Positions 14,488 through 22,350 are shown, counted from the stretch's first letter. The stretch: DNA of 24,000 bases from Acidimicrobiales bacterium (GCA_035531755.1 DATKSK010000065.1:35211-59210), one strand, 5' to 3'. Translations and numbers: made by a program. The notes: generated by a model from the letters alone, not told the origin.

Positions 14488-16070
14488 CGGTCGCCCGCCG
14501 CGGCCTCGCCGGCGCGGAACCCGAAGACGAGCGCCGGGCCCAGGGTGGCCCCACCCGCGGCGGTGGCGGTGCCGAACGGGCTGGCGGCGGCGTTGCCCGC
14601 GGCGTAGAGGCCGGCGATCGGCCGGCCCGACGCCGACAGCACGCGCCCGCGGTCGTCGGTGCGCGGCCCCCCCTTGGTGCCCATGCATCCGAGGTGCACG
14701 TCCAGCGCGTAGAAGGGGGCCTCGGTGATCGGTGCCAACGTCGGGTGCGCAGCGCCCGGGTCCCCGATCCACCGGTCGTAGGGATACGAGCCCCGGCCGA
14801 AGTCGGGGTCCTCGCCGATCGCCGCGCCGGCGTTGAAGCGGGCCACCGTCGCCGCCAGCGCGTCGCCCGGCAACCCGGTGGCGCGTGCCAGCCCGGCGAG
14901 GTCGTCTCCCCGCACCAGCCATCCGGGGTCGGGCCCGCCGGGGTCGAGCGGCCCGACGGGGTACCGGTGGCGGTAGGCGGCGTCGAAGACGAGCCACCAG
15001 GGCGCCGTCCCCCGCGCCGGCGCCGGCGCCGGCGCGTCGGTACCCGGGCCGGCACCCCGCATCGCCCGGCCCACGTCGCCGTAGTTCTGGGCCTCGTCCA
15101 CGAACCGCCGGCCGGTGGCGTCGACCATGATCGCCCCCGGTTGGGCGCGCTCCCCGTGCAGTGGCCGGTAGTGGGCGGTGCCCCCGACCGCCTCGCCCGG
15201 CACCGCCATCGCCGGCATCCACCAGCTCTCCGCCGTGTTGCCGAGCACGGCACCGGCCGCCCGCGCCATGCGCACGGCGTCGCCGGCGCAGCCCGGCGGC
15301 CCCATGGGGGCGACGGCCGCGCCCGGCAGCAGCTCGGCCACCAAGCCGGCGTCGTGCTGGAAGCCACCGGCGGCGAGCACGACCCGTCCCGTGTGGTGTT
15401 GCCCGTCGACGACCACGCCCGTCACCGCGCCGTCGTCGACCATCAGGGCGCCGGCACGCGCCCGCGTCCTCACCTCGGCGCCGGCGTCGAGGACCGCGGC
15501 GAGCAGGCCACCCACGAGGGCGCGGCCGCGCACATGGCCACGCAGCACCACCCCGTCGTTGGCCGGCACGGCCCGCGATCGCGCCGACGGGGTCGCCTCC
15601 GCCGGGCTCGGCTGGTCGAGGGCGGGCTGGATGCGGGCCTCGACCGCCGCCGGGAGCCGGAGGGCCCGCGGCCACAGCGACCGCCCACCCGCGCTGGCGC
15701 CGGTGAGCTCGCCGCGGTAGTCGGGCCAGTGGGCGAGCACCTCCCACTGCAGGGGTGTGCGCCGCTCCAGCTCGGCGGCCACCCTGCCGGCGTCGGAGAC
15801 GAAGGCGCGCATGAGCCCGACGTCCACGTCGCCGCCCGCCGCCGCGCACAGGTACGCCAGCGCTCGGCCCGCATCGTCGTCGCCGCACACCCCCGGCGCG
15901 CGCCCGTGGCCCGGCAGCCACGCCACGCCGCCCGACATGGCGGTCGTCCCCCCCACGGCGCCCGCGCCTTCGAGCACGAGCACGTCGGCGCCCGCACCCG
16001 CGGCGGCCAGGGCGGCCGTGAGCCCGGCCGCTCCGGACCCCACCACGACCACAGACGCCGCGCCCCGCAC
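14484..16070 (-). CDS. FAD-dependent oxidoreductase of the KstD / fumarate-reductase-flavoprotein type
   Basis: The N-terminal dinucleotide fold is VVVVGSGAAGLTAALAAAGAGADVLVLEGAGAVGGTTAMSGGVAWLPG. The C-terminal part carries IAGLYAAGNAA. Length is 528 aa. GTG start at 16070. Confidence 0.85.
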   Translation of the reverse strand: MRGAASVVVVGSGAAGLTAALAAAGAGADVLVLEGAGAVGGTTAMSGGVAWLPGHGRAPGVCGDDDAGRALAYLCAAAGGDVDVGLMRAFVSDAGRVAAELERRTPLQWEVLAHWPDYRGELTGASAGGRSLWPRALRLPAAVEARIQPALDQPSPAEATPSARSRAVPANDGVVLRGHVRGRALVGGLLAAVLDAGAEVRTRARAGALMVDDGAVTGVVVDGQHHTGRVVLAAGGFQHDAGLVAELLPGAAVAPMGPPGCAGDAVRMARAAGAVLGNTAESWWMPAMAVPGEAVGGTAHYRPLHGERAQPGAIMVDATGRRFVDEAQNYGDVGRAMRGAGPGTDAPAPAPARGTAPWWLVFDAAYRHRYPVGPLDPGGPDPGWLVRGDDLAGLARATGLPGDALAATVARFNAGAAIGEDPDFGRGSYPYDRWIGDPGAAHPTLAPITEAPFYALDVHLGCMGTKGGPRTDDRGRVLSASGRPIAGLYAAGNAAASPFGTATAAGGATLGPALVFGFRAGEAAAGDR

Positions 16071-16142
16071 CGGCTTAGGGTAGGCCCGCGCTCCGCCCCA
16101 CCGCGGGTGGGCACGGGCCTGCTGGCGCCGGGGCGCGGTGGC

Positions 16143-17045
16143 CTACGACACCGGCGGGGTGAGCAGGGCGGCGATCTCCCCGGCGATCTGGCCCGCCGGC
16201 GGGAGCCCGGGCACGTCCTGCATCGGCTCGGGGTCGGCGCCCTCGGCGATGCTGTGCCAACGCCGGACGGCGAGGTCCACGAACTCGGGGTGCGGCAGGA
16301 CCCAGAACCGGGCGGCCTCGACGGCGTCGGCCACGGCGTCAGCCACGGCGGCGACGGGGGCCCCTTCGTCGAGGGCCCGCCGGACATGGGTGGCGATCAC
16401 GCCGCTGCCGAACCCGTGCGGCGGGACGGCCCCCATGTGCCCCGGCCAATTGCGCTCGGCGTCGATGATCCCGGTGCGCACCCATCCCGGGCACAGGACG
16501 CTCACCCCGACGGGCAGCCCCGTCATGCGCAGCGTGGTGTAGAGGTCCTCGGTCAGCGCCACCACGGCGTGCTTGGTGGCGTCGTACGCCGCACCGAACC
16601 CCGGCGCGAGCCCGGCCATGCTGGCGGTGTTGACGATGTGCCCCTCACCCTGGGCGACGAGGAGCGGCAGGAACGCCCGGACGCCGTGGACGACGCCCCA
16701 CAGGTTGACGCCCACCACCCACTCCCATGCGGCCAGCGGGCCGGACCACGGGTCGGCCAGGCTCACCACCCCGGCGTTGTTGCACACGACGTGGACGGAC
16801 CCGAACCGCTCCACGGCGGCGGCCGCCAACGATTCCACCGCCCGGGGATCGCTCACGTCGGTGACCACCGCCAGCGTCGACACGCCGGCCGCGCCCACCC
16901 GTTCGGATGCCGCCTGCAGGCCCGGCTCGTCGACGTCGGCGAGCACCACGTCGAGCCCCGACCGGGCGAACCGCTCCGCCAGCCCGAGGCCGATCCCGCT
17001 CGCCGCCCCCGTGACGACGGCCACCTTGCCTGCGTCCAACCGCAT
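16143..17045 (-). CDS. Short-chain dehydrogenase/reductase (SDR)
   Basis: GKVAVVTGAASGIGLGLA, NNAGV and the catalytic YDATK are present. AAGGAGG lies 5 nt upstream of the second ATG (17045). The first ATG (17048) is only 2 nt from the SD. Confidence 0.85.
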   Translation of the reverse strand: MRLDAGKVAVVTGAASGIGLGLAERFARSGLDVVLADVDEPGLQAASERVGAAGVSTLAVVTDVSDPRAVESLAAAAVERFGSVHVVCNNAGVVSLADPWSGPLAAWEWVVGVNLWGVVHGVRAFLPLLVAQGEGHIVNTASMAGLAPGFGAAYDATKHAVVALTEDLYTTLRMTGLPVGVSVLCPGWVRTGIIDAERNWPGHMGAVPPHGFGSGVIATHVRRALDEGAPVAAVADAVADAVEAARFWVLPHPEFVDLAVRRWHSIAEGADPEPMQDVPGLPPAGQIAGEIAALLTPPVS

Positions 17046-17218
17046 CATCGCCTCCTTGTCAGGCCCGGGCGACCCGCCCGGCTCCTCTCCGATCGCGCCG
17101 TCCCGATCCTCGCACCATCCCGCAGCGCGCGGGCCTCAGCGCATGGGCCGCGGCGCAGGGGCCCCATCGGAGGGGCGGCGGCGGTCCCCGGGACCCGGCC
17201 GGGCACGAGCGGGCGCGG

Positions 17219-17224
17219 TAGCGT
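17219..17224 (+). promoter_or_regulatory. Candidate -10 hexamer (TAGCGT) for a leaderless transcript of the CMD-family gene
   Basis: TAGCGT fits TANNNT and ends 6 nt before the ATG at 17231. No SD-like sequence precedes the ATG. I found no convincing -35. Confidence 0.2.
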
Positions 17225-17230
17225 TCGGGC

Positions 17231-17716
17231 ATGGCACGGATCTCGTTCCCCGAACGCGGCTACGGCGAGCACGTCGACTGGGCGCTGCTGCGCCCGGAGA
17301 TGGCGGTGGGCATGGGCGCGCTCTCCGATGCCGTCTACACCAACACCACGCTCGCGCTGCGCGAGCGCGAGGCCGCCCGGTGGACGATCGCCCTCATCAA
17401 CGACTGCGTGGTGTGCCAGGACACCCGCGCCCGCCACGGTGCGGCCGCCGGCGTCGACGAGGGCTTCTACGGCGAGGTCGCCGACTGGCGGGCGAGCTCG
17501 GCGCTGAGCGAGCGCGAGCGCCTCGCCGCCGAATTCGCCCAGCGCTTCGCCATCGACCACCTGGGCATGGGCGACGACCTGTGGGGACGGCTGCACGCGG
17601 CGTTCTCCGACGAGGAGCTCGCCGACCTCACCATGTGCTGCGGGATGTTCCTCGGGCTCGGGCGGGTGCTCGCCGTCGTGGGCGTGCGCGCCCCCGACGA
17701 GCGCATCCTGGTCTGA
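17231..17716 (+). CDS. Carboxymuconolactone decarboxylase (AhpD-like) family protein
   Basis: 161 aa, all-helical pattern. It has a CVVC pair (ALINDCVVCQDTRARH) and SERERLAAEFAQRFA, as in CMD/AhpD-fold proteins. High GC3. ATG 17231, TGA 17714-17716. Confidence 0.7.
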   Translation: MARISFPERGYGEHVDWALLRPEMAVGMGALSDAVYTNTTLALREREAARWTIALINDCVVCQDTRARHGAAAGVDEGFYGEVADWRASSALSERERLAAEFAQRFAIDHLGMGDDLWGRLHAAFSDEELADLTMCCGMFLGLGRVLAVVGVRAPDERILV

Positions 17717-17726
17717 GCGCGACGCG

Positions 17727-17745
17727 CCGGGGCGCCGCGCCCCGG
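17727..17745. terminator. Candidate bidirectional GC hairpin between convergent genes
   Basis: ccggggcg (17727-17734) pairs with cgccccgg (17738-17745) across a 3-nt loop. It sits in the 63-nt spacer between the CMD stop (17716) and the AKR stop (17780). There is no U-tract. Confidence 0.35.
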
Positions 17746-17779
17746 GCGGGCGCCGCGGCCGGCCGGGGGCACGGCGGCG

Positions 17780-18760
17780 TCAGGAGTGCCCGAGGACCGG
17801 ATGGGCGAGGTAGGGCTCCTCGAGGCGGGCGATCTCCTCGGCGGCGAGGGACAGCTTCTCGGCCGCCAGCGCGTCGGTGAGGTGGGCCAGCTTGGTGGCG
17901 CCCACGATCGGGGCGGTGACGCCGGGCTTGTGCAGCAGCCACGCCAGCGCCACCTGCGCCGGCGGGACGTCGCGCTCGGCGGCCACGGCGGCGACGCGGT
18001 CCACCACGTCGAAGTCCGACGGCTGGCTGTAGAGGTAGTCCGTGAAGGGATCGGTCCCCGAGCGGGTGGTGCGCCGCTCGCCGTCGCGGGTGCGGTTGCC
18101 GGTGAGCACGCCCCGGGCGAGGGGGCTCCACGGGATGACCCCGACCCCCTGGTCGACGCACTGGGGGATCATCTCGCGCTCCTCCTCCCGATAGAGGAGG
18201 TTGTAGTGCGGCTGCATCGACACGAACCGGGTCCAACCGTTGCGGTCGGCCACATGCTGCGCCTTGGCGAACTGCCAGGCGAACATGCTGCTGGCGCCGA
18301 TGTACCGCGCCTTGCCCGACCGGACGACGTCGTGCAGGGCGGCCATGGTCTCCTCGATGGGCGTGCGGTAGTCCCAGCGGTGGACCTGGTAGAGGTCGAC
18401 GTAGTCCATGCCGAGCCGACCGAGCGAGGCGTCGATGGCCGACAGCACGTGCTTGCGCGACAGACCGCCGCCGTTCTCCCCCGGGGTCACCGGCATGAAC
18501 ACCTTGGTGGCGATGACGACCTCGTCGCGGGTGAGCATCTTGCCCACGAGCCGGCCGGTGGCGACTTCGCTGGCCCCGTTCGAGTACGTGTCGGCGGTAT
18601 CGAAGAAGGTGACGCCCCCCTCCACCGCCGCCCGCACGATGGGCTCGGCGGCGTCCTCGTCGAGCACCCAGGCGCGGTCGCTGTCGTTGCCGAAGCTCAT
18701 CATCCCGAGACAGACGCGCGACACGCGCAGGCCCGTGCTCCCCAGGTTTACGTACTCCAT
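17780..18760 (-). CDS. Aldo/keto reductase
   Basis: MEYVNLGSTGLRVSRVCLGMMSFG...FFDTADTYSNGASE...YVDLYQVHRWD is a classic AKR pattern. GGTGAGG lies 5 nt upstream of ATG 18760, so I prefer that to the track's GTG at 18766. Confidence 0.9.
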   Translation of the reverse strand: MEYVNLGSTGLRVSRVCLGMMSFGNDSDRAWVLDEDAAEPIVRAAVEGGVTFFDTADTYSNGASEVATGRLVGKMLTRDEVVIATKVFMPVTPGENGGGLSRKHVLSAIDASLGRLGMDYVDLYQVHRWDYRTPIEETMAALHDVVRSGKARYIGASSMFAWQFAKAQHVADRNGWTRFVSMQPHYNLLYREEEREMIPQCVDQGVGVIPWSPLARGVLTGNRTRDGERRTTRSGTDPFTDYLYSQPSDFDVVDRVAAVAAERDVPPAQVALAWLLHKPGVTAPIVGATKLAHLTDALAAEKLSLAAEEIARLEEPYLAHPVLGHS

Positions 18761-18840
18761 CGGCACCTCACCGCTCGGTCGTGGGCGCCGTCGCGCCCGG
18801 TCGGCCCCACCTTATGCGTGTGCTGTGGGGGCCCCGCCCG

Positions 18841-19992
18841 TCAGGTGGCGGGCCACAACCTCGCCGTGGCCAGGTCCGCTCCCGCCCGCAGCGCCCTGAG
18901 CTTCTCCCACACCACCGACGGGGCGATGTCGCCGATGCCCGCCGACGTGTCGAAGCCGCAGTCGGTGCCGGCGACCACGCGCCGGGGGTCCCCCACGGCG
19001 TCCACCACCCGCTCCAGGCGCTCGGCCACCACCTGGGGATGCTCGACGTAGTTGGTGGTGGTGTCGATCACCCCGGCCACGAGGGCCATGCCCGCCGGGA
19101 GCGGGTGCCGTTCGAAGCAGCGGTACTCGTGGGCGTGGCGCGGGTTGGCCATCGACACCACGAGGGCGCCCACCCGGGCCCGGTAGAGCAGGGGCAGGAT
19201 CTCGTCGAGGGGGACGTCGAGCGTGTGCGGTCCCTCGTAGTTCCCCCAGCACACATGGAGCCGTACCCGGTCGGCGGCGATCCCCTCGAGGGCGCCGTTG
19301 ACGGCCCCCACCACCAGCTCGACCCAGGCCAGGAAGTCGTCCAGGGGGCGCGGCGCGAACAGGGTGTGCCGCTCCAGCGCGAGGTCGGGGGCGTCGATCT
19401 GCAGGAGCAGCCCCCGATCCACGATGGCGCGGTACTCGACCCGCATCGCCGCGGCCACGGCGTCGACGTACTCCTCCATCGACGGGTAGTGGCGGTTCTC
19501 CATCGCCGCGGCCACGATGCCCGGCGACGCCGCCGTCATGAACGTCTGCTCGAACGGGGCGCCGGCCACCAGCGCACACTCGGCGTCGACCTCGGTGGTG
19601 TCGCGGTAGGCCACGGCGCCTACCGCCGCCGGTGCGGCCATCAGGTTCACCTGGCGGCGACGGTTGCGCGGCACCACCAGGTCCAGGAAGTCGGGATGGT
19701 CCAGGAGGTCCTGCATGAGCGGGCGCTCGCTCGCCCCGCCGAACCCCGTCATGCGGTGCCGGACATAGGTGAAGAAGCTCTCGCGGCTCTGCTCCCCGTC
19801 GTTGCCGATGTCGATGCCGGCGTCGACCTGGGCGGCCACGACGGCTGCGGTGGCCGCCTCCACCGCCCGGCGCAATTCGTCGGGGTCGACCACCTCGCCC
19901 CGACTGCGGCGCCCGTGCAGCTCGGCGAGGGCCCGGGGCCGCGGCAGGCTCCCGGCGTGCGTGGTGCGGATGCGGTCCCCGCCCCCAGCCAC
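18841..19992 (-). CDS. Cobalamin-independent methionine synthase II (MetE C-terminal domain-like) family Zn alkyltransferase
   Basis: RTTHAGSLPRP at the N-terminus, LHVCWGNYEGPH (His/Cys) and VAGTDCGF (Cys) match the Zn-ligand pattern of stand-alone MetE-like proteins. GTG start at 19992, 5 nt after the VOC gene stop. Confidence 0.8.
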   Translation of the reverse strand: MAGGGDRIRTTHAGSLPRPRALAELHGRRSRGEVVDPDELRRAVEAATAAVVAAQVDAGIDIGNDGEQSRESFFTYVRHRMTGFGGASERPLMQDLLDHPDFLDLVVPRNRRRQVNLMAAPAAVGAVAYRDTTEVDAECALVAGAPFEQTFMTAASPGIVAAAMENRHYPSMEEYVDAVAAAMRVEYRAIVDRGLLLQIDAPDLALERHTLFAPRPLDDFLAWVELVVGAVNGALEGIAADRVRLHVCWGNYEGPHTLDVPLDEILPLLYRARVGALVVSMANPRHAHEYRCFERHPLPAGMALVAGVIDTTTNYVEHPQVVAERLERVVDAVGDPRRVVAGTDCGFDTSAGIGDIAPSVVWEKLRALRAGADLATARLWPAT

Positions 19993-19997
19993 GGTGC

Positions 19998-20516
19998 CTA
20001 CCCGTGTGCCGGTCCCGGCCGGTCGCCCCCGGCCGGGACCGCCACGTCGATCAGCTCGATCAGCACGCCGTCGGGATCGTCGAGGGTCACCATGGACACC
20101 GGCCCCGCCGGACCGGGCTGCTCGATCCGGCGGAACGGGCCGTACCCCAGGCCGGCCAGGCGCCCGAGCGCCTCCTCCACGTCGACGAAGAACGACAGCA
20201 GGAAGAAGCCGGCGGGCGGCTGCCCCGGCGGCGGCCCCGGCGACGGGCCGGCGGCGCCCGCGGCGTGCCGGGCGCCCGGGCCGGCCGGGGGCCCGGCACC
20301 GAAGACGACGAGCTCGACCACCCCGGCGTCGGGGTGGCTGCGGTCGCCGAGGAAGACGGACCGCAGCCGCGTCGTCGGGACGTCGAACAGTGCCGGCCAG
20401 TCGCCGTCGAACCCCCGGTCCATGAGCACGTCGAGGCCGAGCCCGTCGCGGTAGAAGGCCACGCTGGCGTCGAGGTCGCGGACGTGGACGGCGCTGTGGT
20501 GGACGCGGGCCCCCAT
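19998..20516 (-). CDS. VOC (glyoxalase/bleomycin-resistance/dioxygenase) family protein with a Gly/Pro/Ala-rich insertion
   Basis: VHHSAVHVRDLDASVAFYRDGLGL at the N-terminus and DDPDGVLIELID near the C-terminus are VOC module signatures. About 30 aa of low complexity (AGPPAGPGARHAAGAAGPSPGPPPGQPPAG) splits the two halves. ATG 20516, TAG 19998-20000. Confidence 0.7.
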   Translation of the reverse strand: MGARVHHSAVHVRDLDASVAFYRDGLGLDVLMDRGFDGDWPALFDVPTTRLRSVFLGDRSHPDAGVVELVVFGAGPPAGPGARHAAGAAGPSPGPPPGQPPAGFFLLSFFVDVEEALGRLAGLGYGPFRRIEQPGPAGPVSMVTLDDPDGVLIELIDVAVPAGGDRPGPAHG

Positions 20517-20523
20517 CGGCGCG

Positions 20524-21270
20524 CTACGACCCCAGGCTCTCGGCCGGGTCGATCGGGCTCCACAGTGACACGCCGCCGTCGGCGGCCAACACCTGCCCGG
20601 TCACCCAGTCGAGTCGCAGCAACGCCGTGATGGCGTGGGCGACGCCCTGCGGTGTCCCGATCTCCCCGAGGGCGGCACGCTCGGCGACGCGCGCCCGGAA
20701 CCCGGGCAGTCGCGTGGTCGACGCGAACATCGGGGTGTCTGTCGTCCCCGGGGCCACGGCGTTCACCCGTATGCCGAAGGGCCCGAGCTCTCGGGCGGCC
20801 ACGCGCACCAATGCCGCCACGCCGGCCTTGGACACGCTGTAGTGGCCCATCATCCGGTCGGCGAGGAACCCCGAGATCGAGCCCACGGCCACGACCGCGC
20901 CGCCCCGACCGCCCGCCACCATCGCCCTGCCCACTTCGCGCAGGCACAGGAAGGTGCCCCGCAGGTTGACCCCGATCACCCGGTCCCACTCGGCGCTCGA
21001 CAGGTCGACCAGCGCGCCGAAACCGCCGACGCCGGCATTGAGCACGGCCACGTCGATGCCCCCGAGGGCGTCGTGGGCCCGGCGCACGCCGGAGACGACC
21101 TCCTCCTCCACCGAGATGTCGCACCGCAGCGCCAGGTCCACGGCGACAGGGACGTCCTGGACGTCGATGACGGCCACGCGGGCCCCCGCGGCGCGCAGGA
21201 GCTCGGTGGTGGCGAGACCGATGCCGCTCGCTCCCCCCGTGACCAGCGCCGCCGCTCCTTCGAGCTCCAC
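20524..21270 (-). CDS. Short-chain dehydrogenase/reductase (SDR)
   Basis: ALVTGGASGIGLAT, NAGVGG and the catalytic YSVSK are present. GTG start at 21270 is preceded by GGGGAGGGG. TAG at 20524-20526, 7 nt before the VOC start. Confidence 0.85.
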   Translation of the reverse strand: MELEGAAALVTGGASGIGLATTELLRAAGARVAVIDVQDVPVAVDLALRCDISVEEEVVSGVRRAHDALGGIDVAVLNAGVGGFGALVDLSSAEWDRVIGVNLRGTFLCLREVGRAMVAGGRGGAVVAVGSISGFLADRMMGHYSVSKAGVAALVRVAARELGPFGIRVNAVAPGTTDTPMFASTTRLPGFRARVAERAALGEIGTPQGVAHAITALLRLDWVTGQVLAADGGVSLWSPIDPAESLGS

Positions 21271-21336
21271 CGCCCCTCCCCGCTCAGCCTCGCCCGGCCA
21301 GGAAGCCTTCCACGTCGGGACGGCCGGGGCGCGCCG

Positions 21337-22335
21337 TCACGAGGTCAGGACCGAGATGGTGATCAGGACGGCGTCGTAGACGAAGTGGGCGGCGATGGGA
21401 CGGTTGAGGCGGCGGTGCTTCTGGAACGACCGGGTGACGTAGTAGCCGAAGGGCACCGTGAGCAGGAAGCCGAGCCCGTAGTAGACGTGGTAGCTCGTGC
21501 GCAGGGTCAGGCTCAGCGCGAGCGCCCGCTGTGGTGACCAGCCAAACTGCTCCAGCCTGGTGAGGAGGTACCCGTTGACGATCACCTCCTCGGTGATCGA
21601 CGTCGTGGCCGCGATGACCAGGCCGTAGACGACGTAGTACGCGGGGACGTGCGTCACGACCGTCGGGTTCACCACCTTGGTGTTGCCCGCCAACAACGCC
21701 GCGAACGGGATGAGCAGCGCGATGGCGGTCCCGTACGCGGCGGCCGCCAGCCCCAGGCCCGGCCACACGTCCGCCATGAACCGGGGCCGGCCGAGCCCGA
21801 TGGAGGACGGGGGTTGCCCGGTGCGCGCCAGCAGGAGGAGCGCCACGGGGACGACCACGGCGATGGCGAGGTAGTTGACGATCCCCAGGATCATGTTGGT
21901 GAGGGGATGCCCCGGCAGCACCGTCGGGAACCGGTCGACGTCGCTGACGCCCTGCAGGTGGCGGACGAGGACCGTCACCGCCGAGACCACGCCGGGGAAC
22001 ACGAAGGCGAGGACCACGAACCAGGTCTCCCGCACGAGGTTGCGCCGCGTGGGCGCCTCGAAGCGCACGGGCGGGAGCGGCGGGGGGCCCGGCGCCCGGG
22101 GCGGGGGCCCGTACAGCGGCGGTGCCACGCCTCCGGCGGCCGGCACCCAGAACTGCCACCCGGGGGGCGGGGGCGGCCACGCCGGGGGCGGCTGCCACCC
22201 TGCCGGCGGCGTCCACCCGGGGGGCGGTGGCGGCCAGGCCGGCGGGGCACGCCACACCCACACCGCGCCCGGCGGGGGGGTCGGGTGCCCGGAGCCCGGC
22301 GGAGGCGGGGGCGGGGGCTGGTCCGCGGGGGTCAC
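21337..22335 (-). CDS. CPBP (CAAX/Abi) family intramembrane glutamic endopeptidase with a ~100-aa Pro/Trp-rich N-terminal extension
   Basis: The C-terminal 230 aa are polytopic, with TEEVIVNGYL (EE motif, with the usual Arg replaced by Asn), SYHVYYG and AHFVYD (HxxxD). The N-terminus is MTPADQPPPPPPPG...AWPPPPPGWTPPAGWQPPPAWPPPPPGWQFW. GTG start at 22335, 15 nt after the MFS stop. Confidence 0.7.
   Translation of the reverse strand: MTPADQPPPPPPPGSGHPTPPPGAVWVWRAPPAWPPPPPGWTPPAGWQPPPAWPPPPPGWQFWVPAAGGVAPPLYGPPPRAPGPPPLPPVRFEAPTRRNLVRETWFVVLAFVFPGVVSAVTVLVRHLQGVSDVDRFPTVLPGHPLTNMILGIVNYLAIAVVVPVALLLLARTGQPPSSIGLGRPRFMADVWPGLGLAAAAYGTAIALLIPFAALLAGNTKVVNPTVVTHVPAYYVVYGLVIAATTSITEEVIVNGYLLTRLEQFGWSPQRALALSLTLRTSYHVYYGLGFLLTVPFGYYVTRSFQKHRRLNRPIAAHFVYDAVLITISVLTS
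22156..22242 (-). repeat. 57-nt-period internal duplication encoding AWPPPPPGW twice
   Basis: ccacccggggggcgggggcggccacgccgg (22156-22185) and ccacccggggggcggtggcggccaggccgg (22213-22242) match at 28 of 30 positions. The period is 57 nt (19 codons), in frame in the CPBP gene. Confidence 0.8.
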
Positions 22336-22350
22336 GCAGGGCCGCCCGGA

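Noticed and set aside
13094-15921. Upstream extensions of the CoA-ligase ORF (to 13813) and the Rieske ORF (to 15921)
   Set aside because: Both extensions run through the preceding, independently supported genes in other frames and encode low-complexity Arg/Pro sequence. The GTG starts at the GTGA junctions give proteins of normal length.
13090-16070. Naming the Rieske oxygenase and the flavoprotein kshA and kstD (steroid catabolism)
   Set aside because: Only family-level motifs are visible by eye. The Rieske protein is longer than typical KshA, and no KshB, Hsa or other steroid genes are nearby. The symbols would be over-interpretation, so they are left blank.
14157-17507. 1116-aa plus-strand ORF. 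The same applies to similar giants at 8639..11266 (+), 6833..8584 (+), 2929..4506 (+) and 54..1574 (+).
   Set aside because: The translations are dominated by Arg/Gly/Pro/Ala/His runs with no recognisable motifs. They lie antisense or out of frame to genes with clear family signatures. Long stop-free off-frames are expected at this GC content.
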